64,000 nt of DNA from IMG/VR virus record IMGVR_UViG_3300026076_000001, one strand, 5' to 3'. Below, one piece after another: positions 47,801-55,746 of the stretch. Numbering within the stretch: the stretch's first letter is position 1; each line of letters opens with the position of its first letter. Under the pieces are notes generated by a model that was not told where the DNA came from, made no database searches, and worked only from the letters and a program-made list of their open reading frames with translations. The position numbers were made by a program, and so were the translations under genes. Origin of the DNA: a virus.

Positions 47801-48603
47801 GTTCCTGTAATACCCATTGTAGGTGTGGTATCTTCATAAACGTAGAGCTCTAGTGGTGAAGTTGCTGTTAATGCAACACTTACAGACGAACCAGCAGTTC
47901 CTGGAGTACCTACTCTTGTTATACCTGTTGTATACTCTGTTCCACCATTATTTGTACCGTCTGGTGTGGTAGAGAAGCACCATTTATAGTTTAAATTACT
48001 TGAATCTTCTAGATTAATAACAATGGTATAGTTGGGAAGGTTATAGTCTATTGCAGGGGTTTCATATACGCTTCCACCAGACAAGAAAGATAACTTAGGA
48101 CCATATGAACCATTATTAATTACACCAGTGTATCCTAGTGTAGAACCACCTGAGAGATAGGGAACAACATTACCGTAAGAGAAAGGTTTAATTTGTTGGG
48201 TTAATGCATCAGTAGTGTCGCCAGCAGTAGCTACATTAGCAGCAACTTGCTCACGTGTAGTCTCGTTAGGGGATACAGCAGGAGGATTTTCTAAATCAAA
48301 ATCTTCTTCAGCAAGATCTAAAGCATCATAACGCTTGATACCTGCTTCGTTTGCTAGTGCATCGTGGGGAATAACAATCTTCTTATCCCAATGTGCACCT
48401 ATAACTTCTGGAAATTCATCACCTTTAAGTATGGTGAGGAAATTATCATCCCTTGCAGGGAAATCCAAAAATAGTGTTTTTAACCTTTCCAGGTTATGTG
48501 TGTTTGCTAGTGATGTGAAACGTTGCTTTGCACGCTCAATGACAGTAGCGACCTCAATCTCCTTCGAGACTTGGACAATAATTCTGCCTTCCTCTATTTG
48601 CAT
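38806..48603 (-). CDS. Giant (3265 aa) putative virion protein: I9-like propeptide, S8 subtilase, two YHYH-type domains, multiple cupredoxin-like domains
   Basis: IYIIDSG (D about 47654), GHGTQCA (H about 47456), SAGN, GTSFSGP (S about 46781); two HSKIxGxAxDGYPIYGP motifs; four YYxCxxHxxM-type motifs; GxGY repeats. Confidence 0.85.
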   Translation of the reverse strand: MQIEEGRIIVQVSKEIEVATVIERAKQRFTSLANTHNLERLKTLFLDFPARDDNFLTILKGDEFPEVIGAHWDKKIVIPHDALANEAGIKRYDALDLAEEDFDLENPPAVSPNETTREQVAANVATAGDTTDALTQQIKPFSYGNVVPYLSGGSTLGYTGVINNGSYGPKLSFLSGGSVYETPAIDYNLPNYTIVINLEDSSNLNYKWCFSTTPDGTNNGGTEYTTGITRVGTPGTAGSSVSVALTATSPLELYVYEDTTPTMGITGTWVPSTTRSFKFTIFSKWHLQRLTQSTDGLGYGLYSLTEDGENSDIYIIDSGVRGASRPVNASGANLHPELYHPDYISDFNGADEQNNYRVYEVPGYDSGITLNGLPNSNEDDDGHGTQCAILAAGRTFGVSKKSRIFAMKVFNTYGSEYTTFTSRYIMCMFAIINHNDPAHANYKGSARPAIVNASLGSLTPSRGYPYVAKNEPGFDAWGGTNGDTLFDDYENFCLAYGIVFVRSAGNGFTDNTWAGTYGGYQGKYLVGVRTAGPKDNLHNMEIPDTSNNGKISVGATAHNNAFSTFSNYGTITTSAPGESIYVPQYYWNSATPYNAISSSYYANIDGTSFSGPLTAGVIAQWATKMGYQNRATYEGGKALPQLSKEWLRRPLDWDYSRTWNSLNVSPVSYEYGGASVQTYPNNSIDELTFDGLNTTITTGLASNVITFNLGSEFAGFNPSVGEQVQIRTPIALPAQDIIEDVWVTSAGSPTDGYHLEGGLFNVVTDNHPAPGLYGVFPKSGTSGYVSQLTLSQQGSGYTVAPVVSFSGGGGAGAQATAQITLTGGAVTGINVDQSGSGYTEAPTVVLTGDGAGATATANITLTGGGVETVNVTNGGNGYNPLNAPIVTFTGGGGNGAAATAIVVDGSVSSVTITNPGSGYTVAPAVAIASASAPVQGTTYDVANSFVSGGGSVTTGSLNIVSNALTTVADNLPQPALYGTFPNTNNAYSILPKSWNHTFTYRGGRNVSYTSTEDFTASFFFAGLTINGCQIRGMNHGAAIDLPNGKNCPDGYAFDRVFNASAFGADLGDGTVGSDGSYYYTSGKFYTELWKGSTTTMIVTIVNTASGDRYYIDGVQTPNLQLTEGNTYYFDQSDSSNSGNPLRISDSQDGIHIQGGSEYLTGIRYQGTPGDSQSGTGIYIQVQPDSPNLFYYCSLYSGLGAAASVSTLANTAALPSCTTQDIADATHHSKIAGWALDGYPIYGPIGYDEPGSTSTLARMRSGWSLRAQRTGTQYSPLTYTWNVAADDNLDYDFTGYSSGSDISISANVGDNLVFNVNASYNTGGGGGSTPQTYNIVVTASGNSDYTLSGSDRTGNISGGDPALEFYEGDTVNFTVSATGHPFHLKTVAGTGTSNDIANVTNQGTEAGTVSWTIPSSGATGTYYYQCEYHGSMVGTITVSAAGGGGGSTITHPFWIQNVPAPYNPAQVVAGVVNNGQHNATILWNTATASAGTYYYVCQAHQAMTGTITLTEPVGYAPNTNTYPMGSFVNDYEFTDNGHLDRRNGRFCITPDYPGGTYAYFLTFDSSGEPAFPYILGDRYYGDALDYSETASANPVFEEPAAAGCDIGTQTGVVTSITVDEAGIGYTTCTVSFTGGGGAGAEASATLSVLDGYVSGLNVTDGGSGYSTAPVVSLTAPNVGGGVQATAVASIAITAGNPNSIVDQAFDQNFNWRGGTDYGAETPTAKPLRSVKPFGMTTTGVYMYHYSNESGPTPGWTFNDVTNENLTGADSYGGYPNSSNIYGYNSSKLLEAYETAAVQAGSNYIGLTYFDLGYQTINFITTVATKTAGNSYFNQGSTQCYFLQSSLTGVNEEAPALNFTRGNTYVFNLDHSSCDGHPLYFSSTEDGIHQGGVRYTAGVTYRLNGVAVDAVSYVASFDVATTRSVTITVPLDSPATLYYVCDAHQKMGNSSGAAMNDNVQGDYKRHANGHSKILGIAFDGYPIYGPYGYSSEMDDSSTVIRVKPGYMEKLVGRIPDGYENRPSTVSYPYKSFIEDFEYAGNETDNIETTFTVSVSTAVLSGSGNRYYISGGGLDGTQEKPSFNFRKGRKYIFNLSDASLTTHALLFSIYGDGTSQGWHVSGQNAQDANAVYTGGVVYKLENVVVDYATYVSGFDTATLRSVEITPPSDVPQALFYFCYNHANMGERIIVGDLDKRNGRYCVTPDYPNGTYAYFITEDSNGDPAFPYILGDEYKSDPIFPGDTAYDSSSFVYDIGGVEFDVLQHSWHQISDVDSANNSFQITANAASFTATSSETGGNLVKVAKITGTHQAGDGIETWQAENRVSNKIWFQTEQQEQAGAGEGTLINNLPVDTGTDHNAPDQPTSTTRGVITPYINLLTTWYTPAGALGTFNIGDTVNIQLGVSFLRTFANETILDRDYSISSSAPFTTSGLTFDTETGVFSGVLTNTETLDLTLTVEENISGQTQEYTIQLTNITTTSSDLEMVYDVLSKNVDYNTVYKVHGEPNDDVTWSNNNWYSRPMFYKSLSMMMTQSAYENDKFEYVPFWQIYGDKGSGSTWYNLNELAAATSVSYEEEDWFENNVENKNTHYSYVERYEDVTGREMGFAHLVMNRWWKFATAFFRCKMRWRLTFDLVAVGNDYQVQINAGGSTVYEVPKGAFYRFDVSDASWAGKTLEFRLGATASASTQNVRSYGTPGQAGAWYEVYIPESYSIASIWFGQSGGTTFASQHLDFTTTYTAIVSSTAQLTVSNLPTLPAQPALTMYSGANTITANLFSANTEYGGETHYPNTTPYLTAGKSPKQGRFPVQLVCTDQNIEYIWFSKSFAYDTASGTKSFAWKSGYETYPDYIPLASNYYRSRVDAREDVTVDYSPVEGGNGVYVGNYVSTTEEFPLRTMYGGYAIEVPIQNPSALVPPKDGSGNVMRSTDIPCNGIPAGVNEPYSFQLYLYNGSYSSLSNEISVIANPPELGMWWYEYSNGWTGTVSNGYLQHDAGFVDTTLTCGDYFGNILTRSFVIDVAGAPLSALPYIDINTLKVQDYYKGAQNFTVTNNQTQDVQVSYTIDAGTFTWRLRIINEFPYMETTDGGTRTIFTLNNPTHANGPTVVNTGDFSTYTGQLATATGLLRECPFRGDTNINMPVDFSIKNDIQPAIFPARGTQKMYTLWVELVESPFTLTDLINLTAVADPCQDHTYDFAYTQNGACVTPSNDYFCNFIKPLRDRNHPEQPIIGMDGIAQVKVTDGITPRTLDFQVPAPWPILYSYLGDCNPTCA

Positions 48604-48636
48604 TATCCCAAAATGAGTGGTACTTTCCCTAAGGGT

Positions 48637-48643
48637 TATTTAG
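48637..48643 (-). promoter_or_regulatory. Late promoter CTAAATA
   Basis: tatttag on the plus strand, 34 nt upstream of ATG 48603. Confidence 0.65.
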
Positions 48644-49314
48644 TAAGCTTTATAACGCATCAATGAGTGTAACTGTTCATCCAGACTTCTTGTCATACCA
48701 TAATGTTCATCATCAGGATCGGTTGCGTTCGGGTAAAGTTTATTTAATTCCTGTTTTATCTCATAATTATAAGTCGCTATCCGTCTGTCTTCTTGACTCT
48801 GGAACATTGATTTACTCCAAAATACAGCAACATCCCTTACTCCAGATGTTACTTCCTTAACCATATGTTTAGTTCCCGTAGGATAACTAAATGCCATTCC
48901 AGCAGGTAATTTGACTTCAATAGTCTCAGTACCATACTTTAAAACTAGTTCCCCTCCTTCGTATTCATCTGGTGAATTTAAAAATACAGTTGTGCTGTAA
49001 TCAGATCTCACTCCACCTGCCATCATAGGTTGATCACAATGCCAAGCGTAGTGCATACCCTCTGTATACCTAATGAATAAAGCTGTAGTGGTGTTACAAA
49101 CCCACATATGCCACATAGGTATTTCGTGTTTCTGATAATTATCCCAAATTATATTCCAAGCAGCATTTTGATGCTCAACGGACATTTCGATGTTATTCTT
49201 TATTCTCTTATCACCAGCTCCAGTGCGTGCACCATCGTGATAATCAGTGAAGTCGTAAAAGTCTTGTACGTGTTTCAGATTAACATCATTCAAAAGCTCA
49301 TAACGAAAAAACAT
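48640..49314 (-). CDS. PKHD/PiuC-type Fe(II)/2OG hydroxylase
   Basis: YAWHCD, DYSTTVFLNSPDEYEGGELV, HMVKEVTSGVRDVAVFW. Confidence 0.9.
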   Translation of the reverse strand: MFFRYELLNDVNLKHVQDFYDFTDYHDGARTGAGDKRIKNNIEMSVEHQNAAWNIIWDNYQKHEIPMWHMWVCNTTTALFIRYTEGMHYAWHCDQPMMAGGVRSDYSTTVFLNSPDEYEGGELVLKYGTETIEVKLPAGMAFSYPTGTKHMVKEVTSGVRDVAVFWSKSMFQSQEDRRIATYNYEIKQELNKLYPNATDPDDEHYGMTRSLDEQLHSLMRYKAY

Positions 49315-49316
49315 AA

Positions 49317-49994
49317 TTAAGGAACGAAAGAAGGATCTGCGGGATTAACTGGCCAACCAGTAAAATTGGCATATTCATATGGATCTGCCTGTTGTGCAGG
49401 TAGATCTCTCAATCTTTGTCTATAGGTTTTCCAATTATCAAGAGACTTAGCAGCAGCAGGGACACTAGCTAGTGCCATACCAGAAGCAGCTTCCCATACA
49501 TCAGTCAACATAATCCAATCAGTATCCTTGAGGAGATTAGTTCTCATTGCACGCAATGAACCCAAATTCTCTGGAATTTGATTGTCAACAAAATATTTTT
49601 GTTGGTTTGCTTTATCTAACGCTGCTTGTTGTGCAGCATCATACGCTTCTTTGTACTGTGTACGAAGAGGTGATAAAGTTTCATATAAAACCGTTGCTTC
49701 ATCAATTTTTGAGGAATCATTTGTGGTGAGATCTAACTCTCCACGCATATCCAAATTCTCCGCAAGGTACCAAACAGGTTCACCAACAGGATTATCTGCC
49801 TTCCAGTAGTGTAAAACTTTAAGTTCATCTACACCAGCAACGTGAAAAGTTCCGTTGATAGCGGGAAGAACAGTATTAGTCCAATCACTATCAGAGATCT
49901 CAAACCCCTGTTGAGTACCGTCTGGATTTCTACCGCCGATAATCTTTCTGGAAACCCAGAGTATAAAATCAGCTTCCGCAAAATTACGAGCCAT
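49317..49994 (-). CDS. Tail-fibre assembly chaperone-like protein
   Basis: LRAMRTNLLKDTDWIMLTDV...WKTYRQRLRDLPAQ...WP is the phage tail assembly chaperone pattern. Confidence 0.8.
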   Translation of the reverse strand: MARNFAEADFILWVSRKIIGGRNPDGTQQGFEISDSDWTNTVLPAINGTFHVAGVDELKVLHYWKADNPVGEPVWYLAENLDMRGELDLTTNDSSKIDEATVLYETLSPLRTQYKEAYDAAQQAALDKANQQKYFVDNQIPENLGSLRAMRTNLLKDTDWIMLTDVWEAASGMALASVPAAAKSLDNWKTYRQRLRDLPAQQADPYEYANFTGWPVNPADPSFVP

Positions 49995-50640
49995 TTAATA
50001 GATACCATCCTGTCAATATGTATTTATCACCCGATAAAACTAGGTTTCCTTTATGGGTGTGAGTATAACCTGCTGGCCAAATCATTACTGTTCCAGTAGT
50101 AGGTTTAACTCTTCTTTTTTGATCTAAAAACTCAGTTTCACCTCCCTCAAAACCTTCATTAAGGTATATCATCCAAGTTAATACCCTTGGAGAATGAGAC
50201 AAACCCATAGCTTCGTAGTGCCAAGTATGGTATCCACCACCCTCAGGGGTATGCTGGAACTTGATTATACTACTCATCATTGGTTGTGATTGTAGTTGTC
50301 TAAATGTAAAGATATACTGATCAGTACAAGCTCTAAGATACTGTATAGTACATCTCTGTAAGTCGTGACTATTATGATTAATTAAAATCTGTTTATCATA
50401 CCTACCTAAATTTCCATTTTCAAACTGAAACCTACCATCACCAAGAGTCTCATCAATCTGAGGTTGTATGATGTCTGCTTGTTCTTTTAAACTATTATAC
50501 CAATCAATGTACTTATTACATACATTTTCTGGCATAAAATTATCCCAGACTCCAATGAAGTCTGAGAAGTCAACCTTTGTCAGGTTCTTATCCAACATCA
50601 ACTCTAGAGGTTTGATGGGTGGAATCTGATCCTCTGCCAT
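49984..50640 (-). CDS. 2OG-Fe(II) oxygenase (prolyl-4-hydroxylase-like)
   Basis: YHTWHYE, WMIYLNEGFEGGETEF, WPAGYTHTHKG, KYILTGW. Confidence 0.9.
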   Translation of the reverse strand: MAEDQIPPIKPLELMLDKNLTKVDFSDFIGVWDNFMPENVCNKYIDWYNSLKEQADIIQPQIDETLGDGRFQFENGNLGRYDKQILINHNSHDLQRCTIQYLRACTDQYIFTFRQLQSQPMMSSIIKFQHTPEGGGYHTWHYEAMGLSHSPRVLTWMIYLNEGFEGGETEFLDQKRRVKPTTGTVMIWPAGYTHTHKGNLVLSGDKYILTGWYLLNGS

Positions 50641-50647
50641 AACAAAT

Positions 50648-50680
50648 CTAAAGGGTCAAAAATTTTGCCGAGTTTTTTTC
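50648..50680 (-). repeat. 33-nt upstream motif, copy 1
   Basis: Plus strand CTAAAGGGTCAAAAATTTTGCCGAGTTTTTTTC; same ends and length as 63778-63810. Confidence 0.5.
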
Positions 50681-50699
50681 TGGGTTTATTATAACACAG

Positions 50700-53600
50700 T
50701 TATGGTGCTCCGTCACCTGGCTCCCATAATGTGTTAATATCTGTAGTTGCGAACGCTCCAGCTGGTAGTGCGATTGCGAAGTTACCTGTAGCAGCAGTGT
50801 TAGCATTAGTAGATGCACCAGTGAAGTCAGCAACGTTACAATGAACTGTCAAGTCAACGTAATCATTATCGCTGTTAGCACCAGTTATATCCTCAACTAA
50901 GAACTTACCGTTAATAACCTTACCGAATAGTTCACCTGTTGTATTACCAATATGACATATAATACTTGTGCAATTCCAAGTTGATCCAGCTGGTATGCTA
51001 GCTGGTGACGTATCAACATAAGACTGGTTGGTACTAATAGGACCAAACTGCATTGTAGCACCTTGTTGTGTTATACTTGCGACTTCTACCCAAGCATTAC
51101 AGTCAGTGCCATCACTATCCCAAACACAGAACTTCTGATTGACTCCACCAGAACTAGAGTTCTCAACGTGGTATCCACCAACGCCAGGAGCACCAGTTAC
51201 AACAGCATTATATGTTGTACCACCAGTAACTGTAACAGTTGCAGTGTCACTACCTGTAGTTGTATTTCCTTGATCGAATGATATACCAAGAGCAGAGATA
51301 GAGTAATTTCCAAGTGCTTGACCGTGATCAGATGGATTATCATTCCATCCGAAGTTAAATGTGACTGACGCAGATCCACTACCAGTGGTTATTAGGTTAC
51401 CAGTTCCATCGAAGTACATACCAACATTACTGGTAGATCCAGACTGGTTGAAGTATGCAATATCCTGATAGTCACTGTACCTAGCAACACGGAATGTAAG
51501 TATCTTAAATCTTATAGCAGATGCAGCACTCTGACCCATTGAGTTAGATGCTTGTAGTAAGATCATACCCTGTCTCTTACTTGCAGACACAGCATTAGAT
51601 CCACCAGCAGCATTACCATTTTCAGTAGGAGCTATCTTAATACTACTCCAAGTACCTGAGGTTGCATTTCCATTAACACTAACTAGACTACTATTGGTTC
51701 CATCACCAGATGGGTTCGTTCCATCATCAGCATAGTTACCATAATAGATGCCACCCGTAACAGTATCAGCTGATCCCGTGATAGCCCATCCGATTGTAAC
51801 TGCTTCTTCACAACAGAAGTATAACCAAGGTAGAGCAGCAGTACTCTGACCAGAAACATATGAGTAGGATGCACTACCACCTGAAGGTGTATATGCTCTA
51901 GTAACAGTCAACGTAATTTCAGGCATAAAGTATACCTGAATATTAACACTAGCAGAATCAGATCCACTTGCGTTAGTAGCAGTAATTGTGAATGTAGTAT
52001 CTTCTTGAGGTCCAACAGGTAAGGTACCACTGTCTGTGGTAGGGTTCCAAGCAGCGAATGCTGGTGTAGATGATCCTGTAATAGTATCAGCATCAGAACT
52101 ACTCCAAGTCAAGATTGCCTCAGTATCATCATTAGGATTATAATTACCTTGTTCAATAACAGTAACGTCAGTAGATAGAGTAACAGTAGGAGATGGTATA
52201 GGAACAACAGTTATACTTACTGACTGAGATGCTTGACCATTTGCATTGCTCAATGTAACAGTATAAGTTGTGTCTGCTGAAGGTGATACTGCTTGTGAGA
52301 AGTATGCTATGTTACCAGCAGAAGTAGCAGCATTATCCCAAACAGTGTCAACAGGAGAAGAAGTTGCAGATATAAACGTATCAGCATTAGTACAACTATA
52401 TGAAACCGTTGCAGTTGATCCAGCATTCATAGATGTTGGAGTGACACTCATACTGATTTGTGGAGCATTAGCAGCAGCTATGGTACATACAGCAGTAGCA
52501 GTTGTGTTACCCCAAGTGTTGCCTAGTGTAATAGTGTATGTGGTTGTAACAGTTGGATTCTGAGTTATAGTAGCACCAGTTGGGTTAGTAGCACCGAAGT
52601 TAGATGCGACAACAGAAGTTGCTCCAGGTGCATCGTAAGTAACATTAATAGCAGAACCAGAGGTCACTGTTGTTGGTAATACAGATAGGTCAACAGTAGG
52701 TGCTGCCTCGTATGTGATATTAGCAACAGCAGTCATCTGTGTGACTGAATTGTACTTAACTCTAATCTCGTAATTTGCTTGAGTACCACCACTAGAAGGT
52801 GCTTCAAGTGTCATACTAACAGTATCACCGTTTACATATCCAGTGTTGACTGCACCACCAGTACCACTAAGGTTAATAGGCGTTGCACCAACAGATTGTC
52901 CACCAGATTTTACTACTTCAACATCAAAGCTGTAGTTGGAACTTACACCAGTGAGTTGGAAACTTACAACTCCATCTCCAGATGCTGTAGTTACACCAAC
53001 ATCGAAAGGACCAACCTGATCTGGTACTGTATCACCAGCAGGAGGTACAGGAGGTGCAGTGTATGCAGAACTACTAACTCCAGCAAAGATCATATATGCT
53101 GTTTCTTGATACTCTGGTTGTAGATCTGGAGTACCATCTAAACCTAAATCAACGTCTAAACCAAATGTTATTTGTGTAGCATCTACAGGGGAATACTGAA
53201 CGTTCCACTGCATCATAGCTGCGGTTGGTCTGATTAAACAATTACCATTGCTATCGTATACGCCATCGTTTGCTTCATCACCATCAGCAGGTGTAGAATC
53301 ACCAAGTCCACTACCACCTCCAGAACCACCAATTCCACCCCACCCTATCCAGTGTGAGTGTGGTAAACTTGAACCACCTACTGCTGGACATTGAGAACCA
53401 TCGTGTGAGTTTGGACCTGAACTAGCACCACCCTGAACTTGTGTATCACCAGAACCAGGAGATGTACGGTCAGCAGTTAGACCACCGCCAGGAGTAATTT
53501 GCCAAAACTCATTACCGTGGTCGTGAGTTGGCCAATGTGGCATTGTATGGTTAGCTAAGAAACCACTATTAACCGCTAAATGCCCATCTGTAAATTGTGT

Positions 53601-54050
53601 TGATGATTGTTGTACTCTAGATGTGTTAAACACACTCTGTACACTTCCAGTTACAAGTTGTACTCTTGTAGCTACGTCTCCTAAAGTTATATTATTCTTA
53701 CCACCAAAAGATCCACAATTATTAACTGTACCAGCATCTAATCCTTCTAACTGAGGACTAGACCCGTCTGGTCTGAGTCTTCCCGTACCAACAACCCGTC
53801 TGTCTCTAAGATCTGGTACCTTAAAATCTCCAGAAATGTTAGGAAAATTACCACTAGCACTACCTCCGTATGTATTTTGAATAATTTGATACAAACCTAG
53901 GTATTCATTAGGATTAATAGATCTACCATTACACTCCATCCATCCATCAGGAGCATAATACGCACCAGTATCATCCTTAGGCATCATTGAGATGGTACCT
54001 ACCTGTACGCCTGTCCAATCAGGTGCTGTCTGGGAATAATACTTTGCCAT
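50700..54050 (-). CDS. Tail-collar-domain fibre protein with Ig/PKD-like repeats (1116 aa)
   Basis: VGTISM...GWMECNGRSI...YLGLYQIIQNTYGG...FKVPDLRDR collar; repeated LxWSxxxA...P..xTTYTxT units. Confidence 0.8.
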   Translation of the reverse strand: MAKYYSQTAPDWTGVQVGTISMMPKDDTGAYYAPDGWMECNGRSINPNEYLGLYQIIQNTYGGSASGNFPNISGDFKVPDLRDRRVVGTGRLRPDGSSPQLEGLDAGTVNNCGSFGGKNNITLGDVATRVQLVTGSVQSVFNTSRVQQSSTQFTDGHLAVNSGFLANHTMPHWPTHDHGNEFWQITPGGGLTADRTSPGSGDTQVQGGASSGPNSHDGSQCPAVGGSSLPHSHWIGWGGIGGSGGGSGLGDSTPADGDEANDGVYDSNGNCLIRPTAAMMQWNVQYSPVDATQITFGLDVDLGLDGTPDLQPEYQETAYMIFAGVSSSAYTAPPVPPAGDTVPDQVGPFDVGVTTASGDGVVSFQLTGVSSNYSFDVEVVKSGGQSVGATPINLSGTGGAVNTGYVNGDTVSMTLEAPSSGGTQANYEIRVKYNSVTQMTAVANITYEAAPTVDLSVLPTTVTSGSAINVTYDAPGATSVVASNFGATNPTGATITQNPTVTTTYTITLGNTWGNTTATAVCTIAAANAPQISMSVTPTSMNAGSTATVSYSCTNADTFISATSSPVDTVWDNAATSAGNIAYFSQAVSPSADTTYTVTLSNANGQASQSVSITVVPIPSPTVTLSTDVTVIEQGNYNPNDDTEAILTWSSSDADTITGSSTPAFAAWNPTTDSGTLPVGPQEDTTFTITATNASGSDSASVNIQVYFMPEITLTVTRAYTPSGGSASYSYVSGQSTAALPWLYFCCEEAVTIGWAITGSADTVTGGIYYGNYADDGTNPSGDGTNSSLVSVNGNATSGTWSSIKIAPTENGNAAGGSNAVSASKRQGMILLQASNSMGQSAASAIRFKILTFRVARYSDYQDIAYFNQSGSTSNVGMYFDGTGNLITTGSGSASVTFNFGWNDNPSDHGQALGNYSISALGISFDQGNTTTGSDTATVTVTGGTTYNAVVTGAPGVGGYHVENSSSGGVNQKFCVWDSDGTDCNAWVEVASITQQGATMQFGPISTNQSYVDTSPASIPAGSTWNCTSIICHIGNTTGELFGKVINGKFLVEDITGANSDNDYVDLTVHCNVADFTGASTNANTAATGNFAIALPAGAFATTDINTLWEPGDGAP

Positions 54051-54979
54051 TAATACTTAACGATGAATTCCATAATCATATATGGAGATGTAACGTGATT
54101 TAAGTGTTCTCTACTATCAGCAGTTAGACCACAACTAGCAGTAGAACCTGAGAATGATATATCTATAGCTGGTTGAGTAAACTCAAACTGGTTAGAAGCA
54201 GCACTACCTCCACAGTTATGACTATGATTAACATCTGCACCAGTGTGGTTAATAGGGAAGTAACCAGGAAAGTTAACTCCACCTACACCAATAGATGGAC
54301 CTTTCCAGAGGTTAACACCATACTTATCAAACTCAGTTAAGTCTGTATCAAAACCAATCTGTTGTTGGTGTGTCATAGTAGGTGCACTACCACCTGTCAT
54401 ACCGTGATCGTGTGCATCTATCTCAGCAATGGATATAGTAGCAGATGAATTACCAGCTTGATCCACTGTTAATATTGGTGATCCTGTTGCTGGGGCTTTA
54501 TATTCTTCCACACGAACATATCCAGTATAAGAACTGGCTGCTGCATTCTGTATTTGTGCTTTATATCCTATACCAGCACGTTCTATAACACCACCACCAC
54601 TCATTGCAGCATCACCAACAAACTGAGTACCTGCTGTATTACTAGGTTGTAAATACTTTGCTCCTAAATTAGGAACACAAAATGTACCAGCAGTAAAGTT
54701 ACCATCTGCATCTAATGTGGGATTTAATAATGAAGTACCAGAAACTCCAGCTGGATATCTACAAGCAGGTATTCCACTACCACCAGCAGCACCTACACCC
54801 AAAACTCTTGCAAGATCTGGATAATCTTGTGCTTGATATACACTTCCATCACATCTTAAGTACCCAGCTGGAACACGTTCCAATTGCTGACTACTATTTT
54901 GAACTTCTCTAGAGAAAGGTATAATAACCCCTGGTGCTACACCTTGTGCTCCTTTAATTGCTGAGTATACCTTTGCCAT
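54050..54979 (-). CDS. Tail-collar-domain protein (309 aa)
   Basis: PGVIIPF...PAGYLRCDGSVY...YPDLARVLG...FCVPNL; ends PYMIMEFIVKY. Confidence 0.8.
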   Translation of the reverse strand: MAKVYSAIKGAQGVAPGVIIPFSREVQNSSQQLERVPAGYLRCDGSVYQAQDYPDLARVLGVGAAGGSGIPACRYPAGVSGTSLLNPTLDADGNFTAGTFCVPNLGAKYLQPSNTAGTQFVGDAAMSGGGVIERAGIGYKAQIQNAAASSYTGYVRVEEYKAPATGSPILTVDQAGNSSATISIAEIDAHDHGMTGGSAPTMTHQQQIGFDTDLTEFDKYGVNLWKGPSIGVGGVNFPGYFPINHTGADVNHSHNCGGSAASNQFEFTQPAIDISFSGSTASCGLTADSREHLNHVTSPYMIMEFIVKY

Positions 54980-55746
54980 CAGAATGCCTTGATGATGTAT
55001 ATTGCTGTTTGATATGGAGGAGTCATTGCCAGTTGAGAATTACCTACACCTGGATTATTATTTAGAGCCACAGTACTATTACCAGCATCGTAATCCCTTG
55101 TATACGGTGCGATTTGAATACTTCCTCTCTCTACTGTATATTTAACACTTCCGTGACCGTGAGGTGCTCCACTACCTGCTGACGCAAAATCTTTTGGATA
55201 GTTACCAGCAGCAATATGACCACTCCAGTCACCACCAGATTCAGCACTAGGATTACCAGTTCTCTGATCATTACAGTTTTGAATACTGTAAGTATGATTG
55301 TGTGCGGGTAAACAATCGTGTGATAGTACTCTTGCTTGAATACTAGCAGTTTGCTCCCATATACATCCTCCAGGACCAGTTGATTGTATAGCTTGAGGTG
55401 CAGAGAATGATACTACTTTATTTGGTCTAGTATCAATAAGCCATTCGGCATTCAATGTAATATTTGTTGTTGTAGATCCACCTGTTGCGGATGCGTATGC
55501 AGATCCTTTATGGACTGGTACTCTATTCTGTCCATTTAAGTTTGGTAAAACAAAAGTAGATGACCCTGAACTACCACCGTAGGTATATCCAATAATGGCT
55601 ACTAGTGCAGGATAATCAGCATCATTAAGTGTAGTACCATCACAAGCTAACCAACCCTGTGGTAAGTCGCTTCCTGTACCAGTCCACGACATAATTGTAC
55701 CTATAGAGGCATTCTTGAATCCTCTTATTGACGCTAAATTCTTCAT
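54979..55746 (-). CDS. Tail-collar-domain protein (255 aa)
   Basis: IGTIMSW...PQGWLACDG...YPALVAIIGYTYGG...FVLPNL; ends PPYQTAIYIIKA. Confidence 0.85.
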   Translation of the reverse strand: MKNLASIRGFKNASIGTIMSWTGTGSDLPQGWLACDGTTLNDADYPALVAIIGYTYGGSSGSSTFVLPNLNGQNRVPVHKGSAYASATGGSTTTNITLNAEWLIDTRPNKVVSFSAPQAIQSTGPGGCIWEQTASIQARVLSHDCLPAHNHTYSIQNCNDQRTGNPSAESGGDWSGHIAAGNYPKDFASAGSGAPHGHGSVKYTVERGSIQIAPYTRDYDAGNSTVALNNNPGVGNSQLAMTPPYQTAIYIIKAF

